Source: Octopus sinensis
Taxonomy: Eukaryota
Direction: 5' to 3'
DNA: 64,000 nt
Assembly: GCF_006345805.1 (NCBI RefSeq)
Contig: NC_043022.1
Coordinates: 12,834,001-12,898,000, forward strand
The notes under the pieces were generated by a model. It saw only the letters and a program-made list of their open reading frames with translations. It was not told where the DNA came from and made no database searches. The position numbers and the translations under genes were made by a program. This document shows, piece by piece, positions 49,181 to 62,629 of this stretch; the stretch's first letter is position 1; every line of letters starts with the position of its first letter.

Positions 49181-49965
49181 TCGAGTTTGTGCCAGGAAGG
49201 GGACAAATGCCACAAATACTCAGAAGTTCTTAGTAGGCTACTATTGGAAAAATTCTGAGCTAAAAGAGGATGGAGTAGTTCAGGGAGTTGTTATCTTGGC
49301 TTGCAACAAAAGGTCTGCGAGAGGGAGAGAATGTGTGTGTGTCTGTGTGTATGTGAGGGGCAGATTGCATGTTGTTTCCAAATGAAGTGCATTGTTTTAG
49401 GGAAGTAAGACATGGGCATCGGATGTGAAGGGTATGTGAAGATGGGAAAGAACCGACAGTAGCAAGGTCTTTTGGGTATGTAATGTTAGTGGGTATGAAG
49501 GCTGAAAGACACAGTTAAGCTAAGAGAACAACTTGGTAGGAGAGGAAGCTTGCCAAGGTGGACTGTGCAGAGACACACAAGTGCTGCGTATAAGGAGGAT
49601 GCCAAGGGATCCAAATGGAAGAAACCTGCTTGGATCACTTTGCGTTTTAAATGAGGACCGTGGAAGACCTTGATTAAAGTTGACGGAGACTGGTCTTAGG
49701 GGGCCAAACCTCGTGAAGAACACAAATTGCCATAAGTTAGTGGTGTGATGTTGTACTGGAGAAGACCTGCCCAACCCATGTAAGCTGAGAAACACGGACA
49801 TAAAAATGATGATGTAAGCTGCATATGTGTACATGTATGTATATATATGTGTGTGTATGTGTGTGTATATATATATATATATGTGTATATATGTGTGTAT
49901 ATATGTGTGTATATATGTGTGTATATGTGTATATATATATGTGTATATGTATGTATATATGTATG

Positions 49966-50021
<56 letters not shown>

Positions 50022-50152
50022 TATACATGTACCATAAAATGAAGTAAGCTATATATAGTTATATATCCATGCACATACGCACCATGTATAGGTAGGAAAC
50101 GCCCCTTGTATCTTGTTACGTAAAACTATGGAATTACATTTATTCTTCACAG

Positions 50153-50161
50153 AGTGATGAG
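50153..50161 (+). CDS. Candidate 9-nt microexon (AGTGATGAG; S-D-E in phase 0)
   Basis: tttattcttcacag|AGTGATGAG|gtaagg; frame-preserving. Confidence 0.3.
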
Positions 50162-50866
50162 GTAAGGCAAAGTTCTTTTTGTTCCTGCTCTCTCTTTTAA
50201 TTGTCCCCTTTTTTTCCCCACTTTTGGGTCCCTAAAATTTGTTTATTTACCATCAGATGTACATTTTGGGCTTTGGTTGTTGTTGTTGCCAGTATCTCCA
50301 AACGGACCCTTTTGTTTGTAGCTGCTGAAATGTCGCCAAGTTCAACAAATGATTTCTAACAGTGGAGACACACAAATCCCTTCTTTATTGTAGACACAAA
50401 TCTACAAGTGAAATCCCTAATTTGAAAACCAGCAGGATGCTTCATTTGACTGGGTAATTTGCTTGCTAACAGATGATCAAGTTGAGTGACTTCATGAAAA
50501 GGCTCTCATTGTCTCCTGGGTGCTCCCTCTTCTAAAAACTAGGGGAAGGGGAAATCTCTTTGGCTGCTACATTGAAAGGCTTCACTGACAACACAGAATC
50601 TCTCTCCCTGACTTATTATATATATGTATATGTATACACTCTCCTCATTTTCAAAACAGTAGGGTGTTTGGTAGGTGAAGCAGCTGCAGTGATGGTCTCT
50701 CTTTCTACCAAGGGCTCATATTGACTTTAGGAACTATGACTTTAGGAACTATATAACCCCCAGGTCACTACTGTGATAAGTTTTCATTATTTCCTACACA
50801 TATTCTTTTCATACGATCCCTTACATTCTAGAATATAACTTTCCTTCCATTTTATGTGAACTGCAG

Positions 50867-50887
50867 GAAGTGAAGTTTTGACTCCGG
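50867..50887 (+). CDS. Candidate 21-nt microexon (phase 1-1, G-S-E-V-L-T-P)
   Basis: ccttccattttatgtgaactgcag|GAAGTGAAGTTTTGACTCCGG|gttagt; only phase 1 is open. Confidence 0.3.
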
Positions 50888-51114
50888 GTTAGTATTGCGC
50901 ATTTTCGTTATTTCTGTTCATGAATCCTTTATATTCTTTGTATATGGTTCCACCGCAAACACACATGCACCCCACGTACATGTACACAGACATTTTCAAT
51001 AATAACAAAGGGTAAAATTAATTAATTAATTAAGAAGTAATCAATAATTTCACCAAGTAGAATTCGGCATGAAAAAAATACTTAATAATTAGGGTTCAGC
51101 AAAGATTTGCTTTA

Positions 51115-51347
51115 CCTATTTCTTTATTACCCACAAGGGGCTAAACACAGAGCGGACAAACAAGGACAGACATAGGTATTAAGTCGATTACATCGACCCC
51201 AGTGCGTAACTGGTACTTAATTTATCGGCCCCGAAAGGATGAAAGGCAAAGTCGACCTCGGAGGAATTTGAACTCACAACGTAACGCAGACGAAATACCG
51301 CTAAGCATTTCGGCCAGCGTGCTAACGTTTCTGCCAGCTTGTCGCCT
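51115..51347 (-). mobile_element. SINE family B
   Basis: Near full-length match. Confidence 0.9.
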
Positions 51348-52285
51348 TTTTTTTTTTTTTTTTTGCTTTACCACATACCAAAGTATAGAAATAGCAGCCA
51401 AAAAACCTTAGCTATTTCTTCTACTTTAAAAAGGGACTCCCAGAGAAACCAAAATACTCGAAAACAATCCACACAGGCAGAGAGGAAAAGTAACGAAAAT
51501 CATACATTTTCATGTAGAATTTTTTGTTAATAGCAGGTCAATTATGATCAATTACAGACATTCTTACCATGACCACTTATGATGGCATTAATTACCCAGT
51601 GTATGCTGCCATTTGGAAGTGGTGAGACAGTAAGGTATGATCTGAATGAAAACCTGACTGTTATTTTTTGCAGGGTGAGTAACCACATAAAGTCTCATCA
51701 ACTCTAATTAGGAGAATCTGTGTTTTTTTTTTTTATCCCATTCATAAGCAAAAGAACAACCCTTTTTACCAGAAAAAATCCCCAACAAAATCCCCTTTTT
51801 TCTCTTGGGTGTCTTTGTTGTTCTTTCCTAAATGTTTCAGAAGTAGGGGTGTTGCCCTACATATCCAGGTAGAAAGTTAAAGAGACACCCCGTACACGTT
51901 AGTAAAATGCTAACTTGGGGGAAATTGTGGGTGGGGCAGACTGGTTATTTTTCTGTTGGCATCTTCCAAATGAAGATATACAAGGCTTAAGAGGTTCTCT
52001 CTCTCACTCACACACACACACGCAGACACACACACACACACACACACACATATAGGAGATATAGGAGAACATTTGCTATAGTCTGCTATAATTTATGTAT
52101 GTACAAGAATGTTTATGTATATATGCAGTTGGATAGCATGTTGTATTTATGTATGTAGATATATTTATGCATATTTTAGGTGTGTGTCTCTGTGCCCGGG
52201 GGTGTGTGTATGTATATATGTATGTATGTGCGTGTGTCTGTATGTGTGTGTGTGTGTATGTATATATATATATGTCAAAATCCAG

Positions 52286-52334
<49 letters not shown>

Positions 52335-52443
52335 AGATGCATGTCTGTATTTGCATGTAGATACATGTACGCATAGTGCATGCATATATATATATATATA
52401 CATATATATATATCTATATACGTATAAGTATATAGTGTGTGTG

Positions 52444-52480
<37 letters not shown>

Positions 52481-52794
52481 GTGTATTATACTCATGCGTA
52501 AATATGTATCCATGTGTTAAAACAAAATTGCATGTGCGTGTGTGCATATATATATATATATATATAATATATATATGCACACACACACACACACACACAC
52601 AAAACATGCTTTTCTCCCATCACACACACACACACACACTGTTGACCTACTTACTACATCTGGTCTAATCGATAATTCCATAATGGCTGACCTCACACAC
52701 ACACACACACATTTATGTAAGCACACACACAGTCACCTGACAGCTGCTCACATTATATGCAAAATTGACACACAAACAAACCAGCACTCTCTCA

Positions 52795-52834
<40 letters not shown>

Positions 52835-53102
52835 TACCATTCATATACATTAGGTAGATTTCATTTTTAGCCTTATTTCTCACTCAATGAACTCACCCCC
52901 CCCCTCACACACGTTTGTTGGTGTGGTGTGTATAACATGTGTCTGTATTTATATATGTATAAATTGATTTGTGTGTGTGTGTACTATATTAAGCAGTGAT
53001 AGGTCTGTTGAAAAGCAACACGATATAAGATATATATCTATCTGTGTGTGTATATATACATATACAGATATATATCTGTGTGTATGTATATATATTCTAG
53101 CA

Positions 53103-53149
53103 AAAACTGTCCGACGAACGGGAACGTGAAACTCAGAGTAACAGGTTTT
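53103..53149 (+). ncRNA. Compact type I hammerhead ribozyme motif (U4-to-C)
   Basis: CTGT-CCGACGA-ACG-GGAA-CGT-GAAAC-TCAGA-GTA-ACAG, between (TA)-rich runs. Confidence 0.6.
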
Positions 53150-53197
53150 GTTGAATTTTCTGCTGCTTTAAATAAAGTATATATATATATATATATA

Positions 53198-53581
53198 CTC
53201 TTTTACTCTTTTACTTGTTTCAGGCATTTGACTGCGGCCATGCTGGAGCACCGCCTTTATAGTCGAGCAAATCGACCCCAGAGCTTATTTTTTGTAAGCC
53301 TAATACTTATTCTATCGGTCTCTTTTGCCGAACCGCTAAGTTACGGGGACGTAAACACACCAGCATTGGTTGTCAAGCGATGTTGTGGGGGACAAACACG
53401 AACACATATATGTACATATACACAAGGGGCTTCTTCCAGTTTCCGTCTACCAAATCCACTCACAAGGCTTTGGTCGGCCCGAGGCTATAGTAGAAGACCC
53501 TTGCCCAAGGTGCCACGCAGTGGGACTGAACCCGGGACCATGTGGTTGGTAAGCAACCTACTTACCACACAGCCACTCCTA
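53198..53581 (-). mobile_element. SINE family A
   Basis: Head-to-tail match. Confidence 0.9.
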
Positions 53582-53876
53582 TGCCACTGCCTACTTTAAT
53601 ATGATTTCTATGGCTGGATGCCTCTCTTAAGATCAATCACTTCACTGACTGTATTCAGTGTTTTTTATACACACACACACCACACACACACACTTGTATA
53701 TGGTGAGAGAGCGAGAGAGATTTAACTTTGCTGTGCCATATTAGATCCACCCAAATATCAGGAAACATTAGTAACAGCTCAGAACATAAAATATCCTAAA
53801 AATACAATGACTTCAGCTCATTGCAGCCAAACCAATAAAGAAAAAAAACGGGGGAGGAAACAAAAACAAGCAAACA

Positions 53877-54140
53877 ATCATCATCATCATCATCATTTAG
53901 CATCTGTTGACCATGCTGGCATGGGCTGGATGGTTTGACCAGGGCTGGCAAGGCTGGAAGGCTGCACCAGACTCCAGTCTGATTTGGTATGGCTTCTATG
54001 GCTGGATGCTCTTCCTAACACCGACCACTCTGAGAGTCTAATGGGTACTTTTACGTGCCACTGGCAAAAGTGCCATTTGCCTGACACCTGTATCTGACAC
54101 TACTATGATTCTTCTTGGCTTAATGGATCTTCTTTTCAAG
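53877..54140 (-). mobile_element. SINE family C
   Basis: (CAT)n plus diagnostic body. Confidence 0.8.
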
Positions 54141-54838
54141 CACGGCAAGTGTCTTGGACAAGTGTATTGAACAAGTGTCTTTTACTGCAAACCTAGTGCA
54201 ACCAAAGTCCTGTAACTGGATTTGGTAGATAGAAACCCTGTGTATTGTATATTTGTGTGTTTGTTTGTTTACACTTCTGCTTTACCTAAAATCACTGAGC
54301 TGCAAGTGATGACATCATTCTCTTCGGTTTTGCTCCTTCAAAGACATGTGAAAATAAGAAATTCTTTACTTAAAAAAACAGGTAAAGTTTAGCAACAGGA
54401 AAGGTACCTGACTGTAAAAAAAAAAATGCTTCCAAAATATATTCATCTAACTCCTGCTACCATGGAAAACCAGACATAACTACTATTGGATGGAATGGTA
54501 TCACAGCCTTGCTGAACCCAAAACAGAGTTGTGGTGGCCACCACTAGATTCTGTGGGTGTATACAAAAATGGACTGGGTGATGTAAAGAGTATAATATTC
54601 CCAGACTGTTATATGGCACCTCCTGATTCATCACAGCCTGGTGGGTCATGTTGTAATGGCTCTCAACTAGATAGGGCATAACTGAGATGAAGTTTTGGGC
54701 TGCACCTCATCATCTCATCGGTCTGTTGACTGCCTGCATGCTGTAAGACTACTGGATTGTGAAGTTACACAACAACATCTTTTGAACTTCTCTTGATGAG
54801 CTGGTAAAGGCAGGTGAAACTAGTCAAGTCTGTTGCTC

Positions 54839-54869
<31 letters not shown>

Positions 54870-55684
54870 CCAATGGTAGTTTCACTGGGGGTGGGTATAT
54901 GAATACAGTGAGACACAAACATTCTAGTTCAGTAATTTAAATGTGCCTCTGTGTGTGCGTGCGTACACAAGCACACACACTATGAATGTGTGTATATTCT
55001 TTTACATGTTTCTTTTATGTATAAATATGCAAATGCATACATGTGTGTATGTACACACACACATGTGTGTGAATATGTACACATTCAAATACATACAGCT
55101 ATTTATATATATATATGTATATATATATGTGTATATATATGTGTTTGTGTGTGTTTGCATATATATGTGTTTGTGTGTGTGTGTGTATGTATATGTATAT
55201 GTGTATATGTATGTGTTTCTGTGTGTGTGTATATTTGTGTTTGTGTGTGTGTGTGTGTGTATGTATATATATGTGTTTGTGTGTGTATGTATATATATGT
55301 GTATGTGTTTGTGTGTGTGTGTGTGTGTGTATGTATATATATATATATGTGTTTGTGTGTGTGTATATATATATGTGTTTGTGTGTGTGTGTGTGTATAT
55401 ATATATGTGTTTGTGTGTGTGTGTGTGTATATATGTGCGTGTGTGTGTGTGTGTGTGTGTGCATGCATACAAACATGCAAGTGTATGTGTGTGTATATAT
55501 ATGTGTGCGCATCCTCACATCCTATCCTTCCATCACGACTACTATCACTACAACCATTCCACTCTCTATAGACACAACCCATACTGCATCAGCCCCCACT
55601 CCCCATCACATACCTCCCTGCTCCCTCTTCCAATAACTTTCACATGATGATGAGATATGAAACATACACAATGAGCTGTCTGTT

Positions 55685-55698
55685 GTTACCATAGTAAC
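55685..55698. promoter_or_regulatory. RFX X-box motif
   Basis: GTTACCATAGTAAC matches GTYNCYATRGNAAC; function not shown. Confidence 0.35.
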
Positions 55699-56011
55699 AG
55701 CTGTCCCAGACATTTACAGGAATCATACATATATTCCATGTGATGAGGGAGAGACTAGGTGCTAGCTAGAAATAGCAATCAAATTTCCTTACCATTCTGC
55801 AAAAAAAGGAGGACACATTGTATAATATAACCCTAAATGCATTATCTAAATATCAAAAGATAGAATGGCCATTCCTAGAACATCTCACAGTCATAGAAAT
55901 GCTGAGTGAGGGGTTCGACCCCAAATTAGCCCAAAGGAAGAAAAGTGAATGTGAAGTTGCGGCATTTAGATGAAAGCAAGTTCCTTGTATTTGTTTAATT
56001 TATTCCCTTAA

Positions 56012-56182
56012 TGCGTAGGGGTGGCTGTGTGGTAAGTAGCTTGCTAACCAACCACATGGTTCCGGGTTCAGTCCCACTGCATGGCATCTTGGGCAAGTGT
56101 CTTCTGCTATAGCCCCGGACCGACCAATGCCTTGTGAGTGGATTTGGTAGACGGAAACTGAAAGAAGCCTGTCGTATATATG

Positions 56183-56219
<37 letters not shown>

Positions 56220-56420
56220 TTGTGTTTGTCCCCCTAGTATTACTTGACAACCGATGCTGGTGTGTCTACGTCCCCGTCACTTAGCGGTTCGGCAAAAGAG
56301 ACCGATAGAATTAGTACTGGGCTTACAAAGAATAAGTCCTGGGGTCGATTTGCTCGACTAAAGGCGGTGCTCCAGCATGGCCGCAGTCAAATGACTGAAA
56401 CAAGTAAAAGAGTAAAGAGT
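56012..56420 (+). mobile_element. SINE family A
   Basis: Head-to-tail match. Confidence 0.9.
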
Positions 56421-57501
56421 AATGGGTTTAATAATTGGTCTGTGGCCATACTGGGGCACTGCTTCCAAATGTTTTTGATTAATTAGGTCAATGCCAGTGA
56501 CTAAGATATGTTGTGCATTTCCGTACTCGAGAAGACCTGCCCACCACAACAGAATTGATGTCCTAAAACCAAGGGGCCACATAAAAAGCACTGGTGCTGA
56601 TGCCACACAAGAAGCATTGGTGATGGTGGTGTGTACAAAGCGCCCAGTACACTCGGTAAACTGTTTGGCATCAGGAAGGGCACCCGGCTGTAGAAACCAA
56701 GCCAAAATAGACTATGGGACCTGGTGTGGCCTTTTACCTCACCAGCACCTGTCAAGCCATCCAACCTGTGCCAGAATGGAAAACAAATGTTAATTGACGA
56801 TGGTATGTGCATGTATGTGTTTGTGTACTCTTGTTTTAACAGCATCATCATCATCATTGTTCGACCGTCTACTTCTGAAATAGATGCTGAGAACATTGAA
56901 GAAGTATACAGCAGCCTCATCAAATCAACAGAGGAAGTTTTAACAGCACAGGATGTTGTAAACAAGCATCACCATCATACAAGCAGTGTTGTTTGTTTTC
57001 AATGTTCCATGAAAAGCGTGTCTGGCCCATGGGGAAATATTACGTTGCTTGGAGAAACTGGTGACAATTGGTGACATGAGGAACATTCAGCCATAGAAAT
57101 GTTGACTCTACAAATTCCATCCGATCCCATGCAAGCATTGGAAAAGTGGACGTTAAAATAATAATGATGATGATGATATTTAGTTATAGAATGACTGTAT
57201 TTTGATGTAAAGGATGTAACTTAACACACAAGTTTACACTGTGTGGGTCTTTGGCATAGTTTCTTTCTACTAAGTCCCACTCATGGGGCATCGGTCAACC
57301 CGAGACTTGAGTAGAAACCATCCCTTGTTGTTATGTGTGGTGGGATTGAACCTCAATACACATCATTGGAAACTATGCTTGTTAACCACATGTCTATCCT
57401 GTTTCCCTTAACTTTTTCTTACACTAAACTGAAAGGTCTAGTAACTGGCATCATCAAAGCGAAATTCTGAAGAGGAACTATTTGCTAGAAACAGTAACCA
57501 A

Positions 57502-57950
57502 GGCGGTGAGCTGGCAGAAACGTTAGCACGCCAGGCGAAATGCTTAGCGGTATTTCATCTGCCGTTACATTCTGAGTTCAAATTCCGCTGTGGTCAACTT
57601 TGCCTTTCGTCCTTTCGGGGTCGGTTAAATAAGTACCAGTTACACACTAGGGTTGCTATAATCGACTTAATCCGTTTGCTGGTCCTTGTTTGTCCCCTTT
57701 ATGTTTAGCCCCTTGTGGGCAATTAAGAAATATGAAACGGTAGCACGCCGGGCGAAATGCTTAGCGGTATTTCGTCTGCCGCTACATTCTGAGTTCAAAT
57801 TCCGCCAAGGTCGACTTTGCCTTTCATCCTTTTGGGGTCGATTAAATAAGTACCAGTTATGCACTGGGGTCGATATAATCGACTTAATCCATTTGTCTGT
57901 CCTTGTTTGTCCCCTCTGTGTGTAGCCCCTTTTGGGTAGTAAAGAAATAG
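57502..57950 (+). mobile_element. Tandem SINE family B dimer inside one 14-bp TSD
   Basis: GAAACAGTAACCAA at 57488-57501 and 57951-57964; the second monomer starts at 57734. Confidence 0.9.
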
Positions 57951-58905
57951 GAAACAGTAACCAAATCACCATTAAACTGCACATCGGGGTGGGGGGGTGT
58001 TTTTTAAAGCTAAAAAAAAATCATACGAGATACAGATACAGATAAACGTGGCCCTAGAATGTGCTGTGTGAGTGACTAAAAGACAGGATGGTCACAGACA
58101 GCCAAACCCTTCCTCTTACTTCTGCTGGAGCAGGGCTCATCCAGAGCCAAACACTATCACCCACCCTACCGCTACCACCATCACTACTACCCCTCTACCA
58201 CTTTCCAAGAATGTCCCTCTACACCCACCCCCTCTCATCCATCTGTCCCTCCATTTCAAGGTTATATCTTGTGTGTGTGTGGTTTGGTTGTACTGATATC
58301 TCTGCAACAAAATCTAATTACAGGAACCAACACAGTAACACCCCTTCTCTCTCTCTCTCTCTCTCATGAAAATTCTTCCTCTTTGCTGTGGTTTTAGTAT
58401 TAATATACTCCCTCTTTCTAATATGTCTCTACAGAGTTCATAGGCACACACACACACACACACACACACTGTTCTACACACTGTGTGTGTGTGTATGCAC
58501 GTGTGTATGTGTCAGTGCAAAATTAGCCTTCTTTTGATAAATGTCATTAATAACAATGTAATTCTAACTTTGAGTTTTCCACACAATATTTCAGCAGTCG
58601 AGATTGTCTTGTGAAACTCTGTGTGTGTGTTTGTGTGCAACAGTGTTTCAACAATAAAAATTGTACTGGAGTTTGTGTGTGTGCATATATGTAATGTGTG
58701 CACACACACACTCACACACAATTTTTTATATTGCCATACAATGATCAGTGTGTACAGTGTATCTGTTGTACATCAACATCATTTAACATCCGTTTTAAAT
58801 GCTGGCATGGGTTGGACAATATATTTATATAAATATACAACTAGTGTATATATACTGTATATTGTAATGTATATATACATATAGTACATTTATATAAATA
58901 TACTA

Positions 58906-58943
<38 letters not shown>

Positions 58944-59024
58944 TGTATATTTATATAATAAAACTGTAATTTTATATATATATATTATATATATACTGTA
59001 TATTTTTATAATAAAACTGTAATT

Positions 59025-59058
<34 letters not shown>

Positions 59059-59755
59059 ACACATAGAACATATATTAATACCAGTATACCTATACTGTTT
59101 ATTTATAAAAACCTACAACTAGTGTATACATATTGTACATCTGTATAAATAAACTCTATATATACTGTATGTTCAAATAAATATCCGACTTAGCTGTCAC
59201 TCAAAAGTGAATATGGTTTAGCAGTTTGTACCCCACTTTCATTGTTTAAGGTGCTTAGATTGTCATAAGGTGACATAGACACCCTCTCACCCCATTTGCC
59301 CCTACCTTGTGGTACATTCAGGATATGGCAGCTGAAAGCAGAGAGAGAGGGTGGGTGCTGCATCAGCACTCAGCTGGTACTCATTTACGGCTGAGCAGAC
59401 TGGACCAATGTGAAATGAAGTGCCTTGTCCTTTAAGGGTACGGCACACCCACACCACCCAGTTAAGGAATTGGTCCCACGCTTACATTATCTGATATACT
59501 GTTTGCTGTTTCTGATATTTAAGATTTGAGGGAAATTTAGCTGCTATTTCTAGCAGATTGAACCATGACATAAGGACCCCCCACCTCCTGTAGTTCTACA
59601 CCTTTGTAACCATGGTAACTTTGGTTGTGGTTGGCTGGCTGGCTGGCTGGTCTGCTAGAAAGGCAACCAGCTGTAAAAGGGAGATTGTTCCCACATGAAA
59701 AAAAGAAAAAACTGATATAGACATACAAAGCTAATGTAGAGGAGGAATCGCACAA

Positions 59756-60290
59756 TCATACCGAGGTGCACACAGCCACACATGCTAACTCATGCACAAC
59801 ACACGCAGTCATACACATGCAATTGCTGTTGCATGCAATCAAATGCACATGTGCAGACACATACATGTAATCACACGCAGTTGTATGCATGCAATCACAT
59901 ACACACACACATGCAATTACACATACAGAGCTACACACACATGTGCGACCACATGCACACACACAAACTATGCATGCAACCATGTACACACATGCACACA
60001 TGCACATGCACACATTCACGTGCATGCACACACATGCACATACAATACATGTAATCACACATAGTTGTATGCATGCAATCACACACGCACGCACACACAC
60101 TGTGCAACCACGTGCATACATGTGCACATGCAATCATACGTGCACACACACAAACTATGCGTGCAGCCCTTTCACACGCACACATACACTCGCACATACT
60201 CACATGCACACACACACACATACACACACATACACGCATGCACATATGCACACGCACATACATATGCATACACACGCACACACTTCCTAG
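59756..60290. repeat. Degenerate (CA)n/CATG-rich low-complexity tract
   Basis: Direct inspection; comparable (CA)/(TA) tracts at 24130-24330, 45040-45620, 49820-50020, 52140-52830 and 55000-55510. Confidence 0.85.
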
Positions 60291-60879
60291 GTAGTGCAAG
60301 TATATCAAATGTGAAACATATATTTCCATATTTGGAAGTTGTGGCATTCATGCCTTGTTTTCAAGAGCAATTTCATCATGAATGAAACTAAATTGCAGCA
60401 ACCATTTCCTGGGAATGAACCACCATTCACCCCCACCACAAGGCCACTCACCCACACCACAAAGGCAACTACTATGAATCTGACTGAAGTAATCAATAAC
60501 TGACCTATATCCATAAAATCTGGTTTAATCTGGTTTAATCTCTCATCAGATCCTAAATGTTCATCATCTCTCTCCATTCAATATGATCACAATTAATATA
60601 CATTATATTGTGCAATCACCATCAATGCCTGCCTGTCTGTCTACTAAACGATGCTCTCGTTTCTTCTCATTATGTATCCATCTTAGCATGGGTTGTATAG
60701 GTTTGTAAACTTGTACATTTACATGCTGTTTTGTTCATGTTAGTTAGCAGCAGTACCCACTCCTCCTCCTCCTATTTTTAGTCAGGTCTGGCTCAACAAA
60801 CCTATGGATTAGTGTTGGTCAAATGAGCAATTGAAGCTTCTACTTTCAAATCCAGCTCAGCCCATTAACCATTGGTCTC

Positions 60880-61290
60880 ATCTGCTTAAGAGCTACAGAA
60901 CAGCTGAAGAAGCTTGACCTTTATTCTCTCGAAAAAACGTCGACTCTGTGCTGATCTCATTCTTGCTCACAGCATCATAAGCGGAAAGTGTAACCTCTCG
61001 AAAGAGCTGTTCTTCACTCCTGCTCCAGAGCGTCGGCTGCGGGGTCATTCCGAAAAGCTCTATCTGCGACGATTTCATCTCAATCGAAGGAGAGGGGCTT
61101 TCTCTGTCCGGGTTGCAGATCCGTGGAATAAGCTGCTGGACGAGATAGTGAAGATGCCGGCGACCGCTCAGTTCAAAGTCTCTCTTGACCAGAAATGGCC
61201 TGAACTCTTTGCATGAACACCCTCCCTGTACATAACTCCATGTCCCCCTACATGGCCTTGCTTTTTGCTTTTTGAGCCAAAAAATTAACT
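60880..61290 (+). mobile_element. CR1-group LINE 3' fragment
   Basis: LKKLDLYSLEKRRLCADLILAHSII...RLRGHSEKL...RRGAFSVRVADPWNKL (one frameshift), typical CR1 C-terminus. Confidence 0.85.
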
Positions 61291-62340
61291 TAACTGTTTA
61301 CCTTTTTGTGTTCAGAATTACTGAAGCATGGAATAAACTACCCGTGTCAGTTGTTAGGTGTCAGGAAACTGCATTCTTCAAAGATATCCTGTTTCCTTAA
61401 ATTTGCCAACACTCCTCCTAAAATATACATGCACCTTTTTCTTTTTACAACTCTTTCTCTATTCCTTTTTCTCTGTTCCTGTATATTATGCATCATGTAC
61501 TTCAAGGCCTGAAATTAGGGACGGGTTGCTTGTTGATTACATCAGACCCAGTACTCAGTTGATACTTATTTTATTGATCATGAAAGGATGAAAGACAAAG
61601 TTGACCTCAGTGCAATTTGAACCCAGAACATAGTCAGAAGAAATGCTTGTAAGCATTTTGTCTGGTATGCTAATGATTCTGCCATGCTTTTCGAAATTCA
61701 CCAGCGCTGCTCCCAAAAGGGTACCTCTGCACCCTTTCATCTTCATGTCACTTTATTCAGCTTTTTACTGCTTGTATTTTATCCTGTGTACTTTACATGT
61801 GCTTTCGGCTTTTATTGCTGTCTTCCTTTACTGCACTTACTACTGCTTTCTGCCATATTCTCCCCTTTTTTCTAATGAGTTATAATGCTGTTGCTGCTGC
61901 TGAGCACTATGCAATAAGATTATTATGATTGCTGGCCTTGTGCCAAAATAAGGATTATTATTATTATTATTTGAATGGTTAGTTGCCTGGAACCCGATAA
62001 AACATTTGACATCCACTGGCTTATCAACTCTGTGAGTTAATCACAGTAAGCTATAAGCACAGTTAATGTCCAAAGTCACTTCAAATATTGACAAAAGAAC
62101 ATTTGAAGTAGTAATTCTTTTGATAGCAAACTCAATTGAGACCACCCCTGATACCACCCCTGGTTTCATGATACAGACTTTCTGGTCTAAAGTGATATAA
62201 ATTAAAACCTTCCATCTAAATTTCATATTTATGTTCCAAACACCAGCTTAATAAGGAGTTATTTTACTAAAATTTTTCATAATTCCAACATCAACTACAT
62301 CAATGACTGCATCTCAACAGTAATGTGGTAAGAACAGGAT

Positions 62341-62380
<40 letters not shown>

Positions 62381-62382
<2 letters not shown>

Positions 62383-62629
62383 GGTTTAAGTAATTGAGAT
62401 TTAAGTGAATTCTAATGAATTCACATGAATATGGTCCTTAACCAGGATGCACCGGAAATCTATATGGTGTTAACCATAAGACAAGTGGGGTGATTACAAA
62501 TAGGAAAAAAGCAACAAGAATGGATTAAAATCTCGGTACAATTGTTTCGTACGAGGACATCTTTAATAAGCTACAAAAAATGCAGTAAATACAGATGGCT
62601 CATACTCGTCAGCCGAAAAAACATCAGAG

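Noticed and set aside
51663-51680. ttttttgcag-G-gtgagt as a recursive splice site or 1-nt exon
   Set aside because: It lies in a degenerate copy of repeat family D, whose consensus resembles this motif
44917-55647. Many long His/Thr/Tyr/Val/Cys ORFs
   Set aside because: Translations of (CA)n, (TA)n and (TG)n microsatellites
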